This document shows positions 12,893-27,498 of a stretch of 64,000 bases of DNA, piece by piece; the stretch's first letter is position 1; each line of letters starts with the position of its first letter. Origin of the DNA: Octopus vulgaris (taxonomy: Eukaryota). The notes under the pieces are model-generated. The model saw only the letters and a list, made by a program, of their open reading frames with translations. It searched no databases and was not told the origin of the DNA. The translations under genes were made by a program, and so were the position numbers. The stretch covers positions 53,816,001 to 53,880,000 of the forward strand of contig OX597820.1 of assembly GCA_951406725.2 (NCBI GenBank), given 5' to 3'.

Positions 12893-14354
12893 TGCAGACA
12901 AAAAGCGTACACCCTTGTATTATATATTCCTCAGTGCATCTATAAATTTAATAATTATAAAAATTTCAACAGGGGTATGTGTATGTATGTGTGTTTATAC
13001 GTGTTTCTATGTATATAATACATATATATATATACTTATGTACATATATATATATTTGTATATACATATGTGTATATATAAATGTAAATATATACATATG
13101 TATATGTATAAATGTATATATATATAAATGTTTATATATATATACATTTATACATATACATATGTATATATTTACATATATATACATGCGTTTGTGTATG
13201 TTTGCATGTGTGTGCATTAATAACAGAAGAAGCGGGAAAAGAAAAAAAGAACAACGACAACAACAGCAAGAATATCGCATGGAAGTTGAAGAAAAATCAA
13301 TATATAATATACATGCAGATAACCTCTGGAATTATACATATAATATATATATGTATGTATATATAGTATGTAGTACATGTACATGTTTACATTCATATAT
13401 TATCATATATACATATATACATACATTTATACATACATGCATACACATATGCAAACCGTACACAGACGTAAACACACACGCATATGTACGTACAGTTGCA
13501 CATCTAAATGGGATATGACTCATTTATCATGTTTTGGAGCCAATTAGGTAAAAATTGAAAAAGTTTTAATCCAAGATTTACAAACATGGCGGCCAGTGTG
13601 ATCACCATGTTTTATGCGATTAATGCCTAGAACATTCTAGATTCGACGCTTTAATTCCTCTTTTTCACCACCCATCACCAACCTTTCCTGAACCATAACA
13701 CCTCAAGCAATATTGCCTTCCTATAAAATACGTTCTTTTAACAGAAATAAATAATCTAATGTAATGTAAAAACATACAAAGTGAAGCTTTCTTCGATGTA
13801 TTTTGATCATTTGAGAAATTTTCTATCATAGACTAATTTAGGTTGAAATATAAGTGGTTAAATGTGTGGATATTGGATGGTAATGTGTACGCGTGTGTGT
13901 GAGTGTGTATGTGCGTGTGTGTCTGTGCTTATGTGTGTGTATGTGTACTTGATTGATTGTATGTGTATGTGTATATATATTTGTATAAATATATATATGT
14001 ATGTATTTATGCCCGTGTATGAGTGTGTATTTGTGCATATATATATATATATGTGTGTGTGTGTGTATACAGAGTATATACAATTTAATAAAATGCTTGT
14101 TATATAAATACAGTATACCACATACAATATAATGTATGTACACACACATATATATTCATAAATATATATATGCATATACACATATACACATGTATATATA
14201 TATATATACATATACACATGTATATATACATGTATGCGCTTATATTTGTGTGTGAGCGTGTGCATCTATATGAGCGTGTATGCATACACATATATACGGA
14301 CACACAGTCATAGATATACAAAGGCACGTACGCACATACACACACACATGCGTG

Positions 14355-14388
<34 letters not shown>

Positions 14389-15034
14389 TATACATATATA
14401 CAGACACATACATAGACCAATTCACTATATACGTGTGAGTGAGTGTGTGTCTGTGTGTCTGTGTGTGTCTGTGTCTGTGTGTGTATGTGTGTGTCTGTGT
14501 GTTTGCAAGCATATATACATACATATTTATTTGCATATGGAACATATTGCCTGTTAAAGGCGTGTTTATAGCTGAGACGAAAGTTATTAATAAAATAAAT
14601 GTCTTATAAAACACACAGCATACAATTTTCGGAATAAATTCGTTAAAACAAATAAGAACCTGTCGGAGTCATTGTGATTGCGAGAAATCTAGGTTTTGCA
14701 GACAGATATTATTCGGTTAGTTTGGTGAATCATGATGATATAGGGTAATTACGCTACAAGACGATGGAGATATGTGGTTATACTTGATATCGTATAACCT
14801 ATGAGCTATTTTATAGATTGGATTTAAAAATCCATTTTCTCGTTTATATATTTGAATGTGATAAATAGCTGGTGTACTGTACGTGCCAAGAGAATGTATT
14901 TATAGATGTTTGTGTGCACGCGTAGACACGCATGTGTATGTGTGAGCGTGTGCGTTTGTGAGCGTGTCATTGTTTGTGAGGGTATGTGCATCTGGTTTTG
15001 TGTTGATGTATATTAGACGGGAAGAGATCTAATA

Positions 15035-15667
<633 letters not shown>

Positions 15668-15876
15668 ACTATCATTTTCTGGATGAATGCAAGCTATGGA
15701 ATTCAGTCTATTGAATGCAAGTAACAAATTCGATTTTAAGTCTTTCATTTTGACGAGACAGATTGAAAATGGTTTCCTATATGCTATTTATGGCTTCTTT
15801 GAGTTATATGGTTTTAATATTAAACGTCGCATGATGTGACTTTAAATATCAGGAGACGATATATATAAATAAATAA

Positions 15877-15969
<93 letters not shown>

Positions 15970-18096
15970 AGTATGTATGTATGTATGTATGAATATATGT
16001 AAGGGTGTGCGCTTTTGTGTGTTTTAAATTATTATGCAAATTGGCTTCTATTTTGAGCAGAGATGATTGCATTCTAAAATTTGTTAATATAAAGGCGATC
16101 TTGGTTAACCTGGATGCGAACAGAATTTGCACTTAAATGCCTCCTATGAATTAGGATTGAAAGCAGTGCAATACGAAATAGACATATATCCACAAATAAT
16201 TGATGAGAAGTTCTCAAAAGAATTCATATTAGATTGATTATATTTGATGCTAAATTTTCAACCTATTTACTTTTGCTAACCACCAGTACCTTGAAATAAA
16301 GGTACGAAATAAGCTCAACAGTTTCACCCATTTTTGAAATGATAGTGATGCGATTCTGTTAAGATAAAGTGTATGTCCGCGCCAATATATATTTTTGATC
16401 AGCGTTTCCAATCTCATCGAAAATAGTATTAGAAATTATTGTTGGGTGATAGTTTCATAATTTGGAAAAGAAATAAGGAAGACTTTACCTGATACCATAA
16501 ATCAGTCAATGACATTCTCGAATCGAGCTAATTGGAAATGGAAATAAATGAAGGGGAACTTGTATACCATTACCTTTTCGTAGTGATGGAAAATAAGACT
16601 GTTACAACTGAAATATGTTGCCAGCGAACACATACTTTAGTTTTACACATCTATCCCATACCAAAGTTTAATATGGCAAGACGTATATATGCAATAAATA
16701 CAGTCACAGATCACTGAGAAAGAGACAGAGTTAAGAAAATTAGTCGAGAAACAATAATGCTCCACAAAAAAAAAAAAAAAACTTAATGAATCTTATTATA
16801 AACAAAGGGAAACCAATCTCAGTTCCTGAATTACAAAGAGCCTCTCAGAACGAAGAGGAAGATGCAAACATAAGTATTGCATTTGTCCTCACGCTAATCT
16901 CAGAAACCAAGTGATCGCATGCTAAGTTAAACGATACTTTCCAATTTTACACCCGTCATCATATATACAGAAAATCATTAAAGTGTCACAAATTATTAAG
17001 ACTCGAGGATGCCACCAAATCCTAAAAGACGAAAGAATCAATAATGCAAGCAACAGAATGTGAAGACCTTCCTTGTGAGATTCCTGATTTGATTGACCAG
17101 AGCAAAATCGAAAAGATCAAGAATTGTAATGAATTGTAAAACAAAACTTCATTTACTTCATTACTACACATCCAACTACAATATGAACTTCATCGGACAA
17201 ACAGAAACAAAACAAATGGATCCAGCCAGAGTATTTCCACAATTGAAGAATACCATTTCTTTAGAATGTTACGTAATGGACATCTAGACATTTGTTGAAT
17301 GGAGAATTCAAAATATTTTCTGTTTTAAAAATAAAGGATGAAAATTAGTTCTGAAATGCAAAAGAGTATTTCATAAAAATGTTCAGTCCCAAATTAAATC
17401 GGAAATATTAAGTCCCAAAGGACACAATTAACACATAAATTACGTTACACTACGTGTAACTGAAAAGATTAGAAGGATGAAAGTTCTTGAAAGTATTCTT
17501 GCATCAGGTTCATGTTAACCAACATTTTTAAGAAAATGTTTTATATGATAATTTTTAATTTGAGAAAATCTTTTTCCAGGCCATGTGTGTGTGTGGGCGC
17601 ATACGTATGTGTGTGTTTGCATGTGTGTATATATTTATATATGTATGTATACATATCATTAATTTGTATTTACAATTATGTAATGTGTGTGTATATGTGT
17701 GTACGTGTGTGGGTACGCAAGATGGAAAGTTACTTTTCTCACGACATTTGGTATCTTACTGAATATAAACTTTTCTATTAATTTCTGCCTCATTTTTAAA
17801 ATATTGTTTTAAGATTAAATTTCAATGTTTGGTATTTTATCTTGTTTAAGTATGTGGGTATATCTAACCCTGCACTATTCATATACACACATATACACAC
17901 ACAGAAACAAAACATGCGTACTCATACATATATAGATAAATAAATTATATAATTGTCTTTTTATGTATAGTTATGTATTTTTTCCTTAAACTATATGTAC
18001 GTATATGCATGTGTATGTATATGTATATATATGTATGTGTACATATATATAGATAGATACATAGATATAGATATATACATATATATATACATATAT

Positions 18097-18156
<60 letters not shown>

Positions 18157-18773
18157 GTGTGTATGTATTTATATATATAGATATAGATATAGATAGATAG
18201 ATAGATAAAGATATAGATATATACATATATATATATAAACATATATATACATATATATACACACATATACACACACGCACACACACACATATATATATAT
18301 ATATGAATGGATAGATGGATGGATATATGTATGTGTGTATGTATGTATGTATGTATGTATGTATGTACGTATGTATGTGTATATGTTTGTGCATGTGCAA
18401 GTACGAATTCATTTTAACCTAAAAGTTTATTGTTGTAAGTAGCTTGGCTATATATTTTACATCTCTTACAAATAAATGTACTTCAATCCCAGGTAGTGCT
18501 TATCAACCCTGTTGCAGTTTTCTATCGACAAAAAAATATGCAACGAATACCTTAGAAGCGAATGTTACAGCTTGGTTTCAATATTCTTAAAGACTTTACT
18601 TTTTCTGTCTATTCTTTTAATATTACTGACAAACTTCACAAAATTTCACCACTTTGTCACATCTACTTGAATTCTATAAAACCTTTACGAACTAATGAAA
18701 TGGCTTGCTTGCATATTCGCTTGAGCTTCTAGAAATACACACATATATGTATATGTATATATATATAAGTATA

Positions 18774-18832
<59 letters not shown>

Positions 18833-19018
18833 ATATATGTATATATGTATATATATGCATATATCTATATCTATATCTATATATATGTATACTGGAGTAA
18901 ACACATAAATGTGAAACAAGGTGGAAAAAAGAGTACTATACGTACATATAGTTTAAGGAAAAATACATAACTATACATAAATCGCAAAAAAGCAAACTTT
19001 AGGTTGTTCTTTGGTACA

Positions 19019-19392
19019 GGCATGGTTATGAATTAGGAAGCTTGTTTTGCAGTCACATTGTTTCTGGTTCAGTCCTACTGTGCGGCACCGTGGTCAAGTG
19101 TCTTCCACTATAGCCTTGGATCAACCAATAACTTGTGAGTGAATTTGGTAGTTGGAACTGTGTGGGAGCCAGTCGCTCGCACGCAAATATATGTGAGCGT
19201 GCCTTTTTGTCTTTTTTCGTCTCTCCTTCCACCACTTGAGAACAGATATTGGCTTGTTTTTGTCCCGTAACTTAGCGGTACTGCAAAAAAAAAAAAAATT
19301 ATTTTCGGTGGTGATTTGTTCAGCTAAAACTTTCAATATGGTGCAGCAGCATAGCCACAATACAAAAACTGAAACAAGTAAAATATAAAAGA
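19019..19392 (+). mobile_element. tRNA-derived SINE, decayed
   Basis: Homologous to 50700-51068 and 59728-60173 (CAAGTGTCTTCCACTATAGCC..TTGTGAGTGAATTTGGTAG..CCCGTAACTTAGCGGT..ACTGAAACAAGTAAAA). Confidence 0.7.
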
Positions 19393-19952
19393 TAACAGAA
19401 AGAGTTGTTCTGGCTAAAATTTTTTTGATTATAGGTCTCCATAAAAAGAGATCACCAGGAGTTAAACAATAACAACAGCAACAACAGCAAGATGGAAATA
19501 ATAGTCTTAGAGATGTCCGACTGTATTTCATTTGATTGACAAATACAGTCAGTGATCATTTCATTTGATTATAGTTGTTAGATATCACACCAGTACATTT
19601 CTGATACATTATATATAGACACCAGAAGCATCAAAAGTAATATTAATCATGTAGGGATTTGAATGTTAACGACAGGTCTAAATCAAGTAAATTTATTACC
19701 TTAACATGTTTCTAATTCTGCTAAACTTACGTCAGTTTTAAGTATATCTCAATATCAATATGTATGTGTGTTTACGTCTATGGACATACATCCACCAGCA
19801 CACATGCATGCATACACACATACATACATATACACATACATACATACATACATTATTTCATTATATTTGCCATAAAGGCAGTACATATAGTATAGGAGCT
19901 TTCATTAATGAAATGAATGATAACGAAACAAGGATGATAAGAATGGGAGAAG

Positions 19953-20072
19953 ACAAAAAGCTCCCACCGACATTTGCTTCTCTAAAAAACAAACACAAAA
20001 TGAGGTATTAAACAAAAAGCTCCCACCGACATTTGCTTCTCTAAAAAACAAACACAAAATGAGGTATTAAAC
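19953..20072. repeat. Exact 59-bp tandem duplication
   Basis: ACAAAAAGCTCCCACCGACATTTGCTTCTCT...GAGGTATTAA starts at 19953 and again at 20012. Confidence 0.9.
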
Positions 20073-20254
20073 CTCTTACAGGTTTTACAATATTTTCAAG
20101 TTTTTGGACTTCATATTCCATCACAAATAATAACATAGTTCACAAACCTCGATCATCCTCCTCCCCGACCAGGCTGTACTCTACCCTTAGGCACTGCTCC
20201 AGCTCCAGGTCGGGACCCCAGAATGCAAATTTGAACATACATACATACATACAT

Positions 20255-20470
20255 GGAGGCGCAATGGCCCAGTGGTTAGGGCAGCGGACTTGCGGTCGGA
20301 GGATCGCGGTTTCGATTCCCAGACCGGGCGTTGTGTGTGTTTATTGAGCGAAAACACCTAAAAGCTCCACGAGGCTCCGGCAGGGGATGGTGGTGATCCC
20401 TGCTGTACTCTTTCACCACTCTAAAGGGCGGTGCTCCAGCATGGCCGCAGTCAAATGACTGAAACAAGTA
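20255..20470 (+). mobile_element. tRNA-derived SINE head joined to the 3' tail of a second SINE family
   Basis: GGAGGCGCAATGGCCCAGTGG...GTTTCGATTCC head as in 3612-3896, then GGCGGTGCTCCAGCATGGCCGCAGTCAAATGACTGAAACAAGTA tail as in 50700-51068, followed by poly-A. Confidence 0.75.
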
Positions 20471-20861
20471 CAAAAAAAAAAAAAAAAAAAAAATACATAC
20501 ACACACACATACATACATACATACACACACACATACATACATACATACACACATACATGCATGCATACATACATACACACATACATGCATGCATACATAC
20601 ATACATACATACATACATACATACATACATACATACATACATACATACATACATGCATATATACATGCATACGTACATACATACATATCAATCCGTTTGT
20701 TGCAAAATATGGCTAAACTTGGTGTTGGTGCGAGAGAATGCAAATCTTTAATTCATGCACTACAAATGTTCGCGATATCTAGGACTATAATAAACTGCAA
20801 AACCTTCTTAAGATTTAAAAGATAATGAACAAAACAAGATGCGTTCCTTCACAACCTTACT

Positions 20862-21271
20862 TATTTCTTTATTGCCCACAAGGGGCCAAACAAACGGATT
20901 AAGTCGATTACATCGACACCAGTGCGTAAACTGGTACTTAATTTATCGACCCCGAAGGGATGAACGGTAAAGTTGACCTCGGCGGAATTTGAACTCAGTA
21001 CTTAACGTCAGACGAAATACCTATTTCTTTACTACCCACAAGGGGCTAAACACAGAGAGGACAAACAAGGACAGAGTCGATTATATAGTCGATTATATAG
21101 ACAAAGTCGATTATATAGACCCAAGTGCGTAACTGGTACTTAATTTATCGACCCCGAAAGGATGAAAGGCAAAGTCAACCTCGGCGGAATTTTGTACTCA
21201 GAACGTAACGGCAGACGAAATACCGCTAAGCATTTCGCCCGGCGTGCTAACGTTTCTGCCAGCTCGCCTCC
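20862..21271 (-). mobile_element. SINE with internally duplicated 3' part
   Basis: Reverse complement of the family at 21639-21867; flanked by near-duplicated TTCCTTCA(C/A)A(A/G)CCTTACT (20844-20861, 21272-21289), a probable TSD. Confidence 0.8.
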
Positions 21272-21359
21272 TTCCTTCAAAGCCTTACTACCAAATAGGT
21301 AGCCGGTCAAAATTTACTCTTAATAAGAGAAACATAAGAATATACATAACTGTATCAAC

Positions 21360-21890
21360 CAGACTATTAACTGTGGTTGTACATCGCTGGTCACAATGCG
21401 CTTCTTCGCAGTGTTAACGCTTTCGACATATGCCACCCCGCTGGTTAGGCAGTCAGGCCAACTTCCACGCTGAACGGGAAGCTTGTCCGTTGAAAAGTTA
21501 CTCATTTACTTTTGTATGAATTGGAACAACATGAAAGGAAGAATTTTGCTCAAGAACACAAAGAGTCGCCAGCCTATTAATCGAAATCACGAACTTACGA
21601 TCGCGAGTGCCACAGCCAAACCATTAAGCCAAGCATCTGGCAGAGCTGGCAGAAACGTTAGCACGCCGGGCGAAGTGCTTAGCGGTATTTCGTCTGTCTT
21701 TACGTTCTGAGTTCAAATTCCGCCGAGGTCAACTTCGCCTTTCATCCTTTCGGGGTCGATAAATTAAGTACCAGTTACGCACTGGGGTCCATGTAATCGA
21801 CTTAATCCGTTTGTCTGTCCTTGTTTGTCCCCTCTATGTTTAGCCTCTTGTGGGTAGTAAAGAAATACATTAAGCCAAGCATCTTCATAC
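21360..21890 (-). mobile_element. Older CORE-type SINE interrupted by a younger SINE
   Basis: ACATCGCTGGTCACAATGCG..GCCACCCCGCTGG shared with 3612-3896; TTTTGCTCAAGAACAC..AATCGAAATCAC head shared with 4953-5191; interrupted at 21639-21867. Confidence 0.65.
21639..21867 (+). mobile_element. Young SINE with 17-bp target-site duplication
   Basis: GAGCTGGCAGAAACGTTAGCACG...GAGTTCAAATTCCGCCGAGGTC...; flanked by exact CATTAAGCCAAGCATCT at 21622-21638 and 21868-21884. Confidence 0.85.
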
Positions 21891-22618
21891 ATAACTTTAT
21901 TGAAGTTCTTTCCATGACTTCATGTGAGTCTCTTAAAGTTCGTTTCAATCAATAAAGTTCATTAATCTACCATAATCAATGTTGCTAGACTCACATTCTC
22001 ATCGCCAGGTTATCAAATTCCAAGGACGTCCATAACATCTTCATTTCTTGGTATGCAAAGTATAATCTTATCATCAAACTTTGAAGTGTTTTATCATGAG
22101 TAATCGTCTCATTTTACGTTAGACAAATATTATTATTGTGCACTTTATCACTCAAATTAAATCATTAGAGGTATATAGCGTTAAAAACTTGTGTATTTTA
22201 TAACGTATTTGTGTTCTTTGTTTATTTTCGCATTGTCCTCTTGTAAGTATTGCTTCTATAATTTATCGTCTATTTTTGCGAATGTTATCGTCTGATTTTG
22301 TTTAGACGTTACGTCCGATATATGATATATAATCTTTAAATTTAAGTCATTAGTTACATGTTTACATGATGAAGCGTTTATCTTGTCATTAAAGACGCAT
22401 AAATCTAACGAATGGAATTTCAAATACTAGCTACAATGATTGAACATGCTCCAACCATGTGTTCTACACTACGCATATCACTTTCTTTATTTCCAGAGTA
22501 ATCTCTATCACTTCAACAATATTTTTCACGCCCTGGTTCCTAACTTTTGACACTTTAGGCGCAGCTACACGATCAGTGGGACCCACTTAATCGTATAACA
22601 TGATTTATATAGTTTCAG

Positions 22619-22926
22619 TGAAGGCGCATGGCTCAGTGGTTAGAGCGCCGAGCTTACGATCGTGAGGTTGTGAGTTCGAATCTTGAGCAAGACACTTTAT
22701 TTCACATTGCTCCAGTTCACTCAGCTGTAGAAATGAGTTGCGACGTCACAGGTGCCAAGCTGTATCTGCTGTTGCCTTTCCTCAGGATAACACTGGTGGC
22801 GTGGAGAGGGGAGGCCGGTATGCATGGGCGACTGCTGGTCTTCCATAAACAACTTTGCCCGGAATTGTGCCTGGGAAGGTTACTTTCTAGGTGCAATCCC
22901 ACGGTCAGTCATGACCGAAAGGGGTC
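22619..22926 (+). mobile_element. CORE-type tRNA-derived SINE (octopus OR2-like)
   Basis: A box TGGCTCAGTGG, B box GAGTTCGAATC, CORE-like TTGAGCAAGACACTTTATTTCACATTGCTCCAGTTCACTCAGCTG; second copy at 39684-40462 (minus). Confidence 0.8.
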
Positions 22927-23221
22927 TCAATAGTTTCATTGTTTCACCAAATCGTTGCATACTATTTTTGTTAGAATTTTCAATGATAAACTATAGTATT
23001 CGGGTCAAATGGAGCTCATATGGTTTATTAATATGATGGGTGAGATGTTATGTAATGGTTTGGTGAAGCTCTGCACAATAGCTTTACCAATAGTAGTGAC
23101 TAGGAAATCTTATGTGTGTATATATTATGTCGATATGCAGGTATACACACACACATGCACGCACAAACACGCACACACGCACGTATATATGTGTGTGTAT
23201 GTGTGTAGGCATTTAATTCAA

Positions 23222-23645
23222 TAAAGGATGCGCTCCGAACAAAGCTAGGCAATTGCATATATACCAGAATCCTGAATAGCGCCGTCCTACATGCATCATA
23301 CCGTAAGAGGATGAAACATCGATTGGCTACGACGCAAAGGTCCATGCTAGGAACATCACTAAGAGAGTACATTTGAAGTGAGATAATTCTAGAACGGAGA
23401 GGCAGGAACGATACGATCGCAGGGAAGGGAAGCGCAGGTTCCTTTGAGACGGATATGTCGCAAGGTTCACAGACACCAGTTGGGACCCATCCAATTGCCG
23501 AGTGGTTTCCAAGACATCGGAAAAGGAGACTTGGAAGGTCTGCACGACATTGGGAAGGTGATTTAGTCAAGCAATTGGAGCCAAGATGGAAAAGAATGGT
23601 GCAATGAAAATAGAATAGAAGCGCATTGTGACCAGTGGTGATTAA
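23222..23645 (+). pseudogene. RTE-clade non-LTR retrotransposon 3' remnant (degenerate ORF C-terminus)
   Basis: Manual translation across stops/frameshifts gives HRLATTQRSMLGTSLREYI*SEIILERRG and VARFTDT.W...IAEWFPRHRKRRLGRSARHWEGDL, typical of RTE-clade C-termini (MLGISLRD.IRNE.IR; W.PR..KR..GRP..RW). Confidence 0.7.
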
Positions 23646-23684
23646 CAACATTTTATGGTTTAGTCGATACTTTAATACTGTGTT

Positions 23685-23770
<86 letters not shown>

Positions 23771-24360
23771 TGTGTGTATGTGTGTGCGTGTGTGTATATA
23801 CACATACATATTTATAAACACACATAAGCATAAATTTGTATGTTTGGGTATGTATCATTATCGTCATCATCATCATTATCACCATCATTATGTCGTCGGC
23901 TGTCTATCGATAGTCGATGTCGGCTGATCATAACAAGTGTTGCGAGCTTTAGTATCAGGAGTGAATTTGTCTCTTGTTAAGGTTTCTGCTTTCAGCAACT
24001 GTGTTCCAGCTGATGTTGTGAAAATCCTGTGAGGTAGGTTTAGCCACATCCTAATATCCCAAATTGCCGTCAACGACATCACGTTACTAGACAGGAGGAA
24101 ACCAAGTTTCCTCCATTTTAGGGACATAAAAAGGCTAGCAAAGATTTCATTACAACAATATCTCTTCCTTTGTAGCTATCATCTATTCCCCTATTCCCCT
24201 AAAAGTAAGGAGATCCTGTCCTTGTTTATCCATGTTCATAAAACGTCTCAGATGTGTCTTCATAAATTCGTGCAATATCTATAACTGTTTGAAAAATATC
24301 TTCCATACTTCCAACCCGTACAAGAGAGATAATACTATTGCTCGATATATTTGAACTCAG

Positions 24361-24470
24361 TTCGAAACGATACGAGCTCGAAGCGATACGAGCTCGAAAC
24401 GAAACGAGCTCGAAGCGATACAAGCTCGAAACGATTTGAGCTCGAAGCAATACGAGTTCGAAACGATACA
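24361..24470. repeat. 16-bp CpG-rich minisatellite, ~7 copies
   Basis: Unit CTCGAA(A/G)CGATACGAG, alternating AAAC/AAGC variants. Confidence 0.9.
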
Positions 24471-25329
24471 ATGAGCTTGTCCATCCTCTGACAGATTTTG
24501 TTTTTAGTCCTGCTGATTGTAGACAACACATTTTTCACCTGGTGCCTTTACAGGTGTGGATGGTTATACACTTTCAATGGTGGCGGGGCGTTAAGTCAGT
24601 TGCCGATTTGTACCTCTTGAACTTATGTTTTCATTTTACCAACATAGATGTTAAGACTCAGAAATTGACAACATGGTCAGCATCCGACAAGCTATGGAAA
24701 ATTTGGAAAGCAAGTGACCTAAAACTACACCTGTTTCTTGCTTCAGAGGAATCTGTTCTAATCTACTGTTCTGAATGTTTGTCTCTTACGTTGGCCCAAC
24801 AGTGACCACTAGAAGTAACATACACTCGACTTTTGTGCGAGGTCAACATTTTTTTTCTGCCAATTGTTTCATGGAGGTTTACTGCCCGACACCCAGACAG
24901 TCACACAAAGACGGCAAAAAGTTACAGGTCAGTGCTTTCATCGATCAGATCAACCTGTCATTGTACTTTTACTGTATAAACCCGCGAGGACGTTCAAGCC
25001 TATTAGTCAGGCCTACATGACGCATGTCTGTAAACCTATGCAGGGCAATGGACTGTGAACTGCCTTAGAGCTGGTACGTGCACTGACAGCATGCACAGCC
25101 AGAGGAGAGATTTTCTCTCGAATTCATGTTGACGTCCATGAGTGATGTGACAGACTAAAAGAAGGAAAAAGGAATCGATTTGGAGAGGTCTATGAAGGTT
25201 ATCTTGAATCGAAACATTTAGTGGTCTGCGCTACAGTTTGCTACTATCGTCACTCGTTAATGTATTCACCTTTGCACATATACCTTTTTAAGAAATTTAA
25301 GAGGGTAGACTTTATTCGAGGCGTTTTTC

Positions 25330-25550
25330 ATAGTTTTCTGTAAATTCGTCCATGCTTCTTTTATTATTTTTTTGGTATGCATAATATTGAATGCTTTCCA
25401 AAATTCTTTTGGTGCTGCTCTCTTTTCCTTATCAATAACATTTATTAAGTGATCAAATGTGCCGAAAATAATTTTGCAATAACGCCTTGATCTATCGGTT
25501 GCAAAAGCGACGTTATATCTGGCAGCATGAACATTAATCCCATGTTTGAG

Positions 25551-25622
<72 letters not shown>

Positions 25623-26365
25623 CGATGATGATGTAGTGTTTGTGGACGGTGAGGTATATTATATATGATCAGTAGCACGTGAAATGCAATATTTTTATAT
25701 TCACAGTATTTTTGAACTGCAGGTAAAAGTGATTCAGAAACCAATCTTCAAACAGGGAAGCAATAACCGAACATTTTTTTTTTTTTTTTTGCTTTCCTTA
25801 TGATTTGAAGTGTAGCATTTTACGGGGTCTTTAATTGTCCTTGGGTTTTCGGCACGGTGCATACGCATTGGTTTTTAACTTGGTTTCCAGCTTCATTACC
25901 TTCAAACAGTAACGTTGACCGAACTTTACCTACTTTAAAACCTGGAATCGATGATTTCCCTTTTTCTTTTCCTTTTTTTTTCTTTTTTTTTGTTTATTTT
26001 TGTTTTTGCAATATGGTTTCATGTTGGCATGCACTACCAAAATAGTTTTCATTTCGTCTACATTAAAAATTTGTGAGTATGAACAAGTATATTATTTCAT
26101 ATATTTTGCGGAAAAAATTCGTTAATCCAAAATCAACACTCGCATAATCCTATTGCACTTTTATATTGCGCCAGCCAACTCGTTCTTCATATCTATAAAA
26201 GCAGCCATTGTTTGCAGTAACGGTTTCTTTACAGTTGCTTTCTTTATTATCTTTCAGCGCCATAAATATTGATAACACTTTAGCACAACAGCTTGAGTAA
26301 TAAGCATAATCGGTACGTTTGATCAACACTATTCACGTCGATAAAGGCTTTTCCAGTTCATTATT
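25330..26365 (-). pseudogene. pogo/Tigger-family (DDE_1, CENP-B-like) transposase remnant
   Basis: Minus-strand motifs QIFNVDE (~26055-26075), GCFYRYEERVGWRNIKVQ*DYASVD (cf. GWF.RFK.R...GE.ASAD) and FMLPDITSLLQPIDQGVI (cf. LPPNTTSLLQPMDQGVI) in ORF 25445-25744; many stops and frameshifts. Confidence 0.85.
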
Positions 26366-26783
26366 ACATAGCCTCATAGACTGCAAGGAGTGCGCGATTT
26401 TAATTTCATTTGAATATTTTTATTTATCAATTAACTCATACATACAGTAACTAACCAAAAGAGAATGTAGAAAACTTAACAAATCAATAACGAAAATGTT
26501 ATTCTATTTCTTAGCTTTTTTGTTGAAGTAGTTCACGTTACAGAAAGGTTGCTTTGCGCCCCGTATAAGTAATGGGGTTGATGGCGTACTAGATCAATGC
26601 ATATCGGTACTAACGCATGCACACAAACACACCCACATACCTTCTCTCTCTCACACACACACAAACACATACATATATACATATATATACATGCATACAT
26701 ACACACATATATACACACTTCTATATGTGAGCATACTTGTAGATATATATGTATACATATGTATATGATATAGATATAGGACA

Positions 26784-26878
<95 letters not shown>

Positions 26879-27009
26879 AATGAATATATGTGTATATATC
26901 TATACACATAAATATATATATATATATATACATAAATATATGTATATATATATAAATATATGTATATATATACATATATATATATATACATACATAAATA
27001 TATATATAC

Positions 27010-27056
<47 letters not shown>

Positions 27057-27105
27057 AATATATATATACATAAATATATATGTATATACATAAATATATA
27101 TATAC

Positions 27106-27141
<36 letters not shown>

Positions 27142-27142
27142 G

Positions 27143-27498
27143 AGTGCATAAAACTTTATACATGGAGAGAAGAACACCTTATGGACTTCCTACATGCTAA
27201 AAAGGACAGTCAAATCCCAAGCCACCACGAAAAAACATTCTTATTAATGGCATATCGCTTGTAGTCGAGTAGGACACTTGAATGTATAAAAATCTCAGTT
27301 AAATCTATACCCAAGAGTTTCACTATTAATGATCAAATAAATCAGTTAATAAGTCAATCAATTGATTAATTAACCATCTGTAGCTCGTCAGCACCATTAA
27401 TAAGAATGTTTTATCGTGGTTTGGGATTTGACTGTTCTTTTTAGCACATAAGAAGTCCACATAGTCGTGTTGTCTCCGCGTATGAATTTTTATACACT
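27143..27498. mobile_element. MITE with ~105-bp imperfect terminal inverted repeats
   Basis: Left arm AGTGCATAAAAC..GCTAAAAAGGACAGTCAAATCCCAA..CATTCTTATTAATGG is the reverse complement of right arm CCATTAATAAGAATG..TTGGGATTTGACTGTTCTTTTTAGC..TTTATACACT. Confidence 0.75.

Noticed and set aside
16140-17580. A-rich unique region that might be a decayed transposase
   Set aside because: Multiple stops in the frames examined and no identifiable motif.
20255-20330. tRNA gene-like sequences with A and B boxes (also 22620-22685)
   Set aside because: They continue into multicopy SINE bodies and lack a complete cloverleaf, so they are SINE heads.
24361-24470. CRISPR-like appearance of short regular repeats (also 30355-30430 and 61587-62150)
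   Set aside because: No unique spacers of constant length, no cas genes, and a eukaryotic context.
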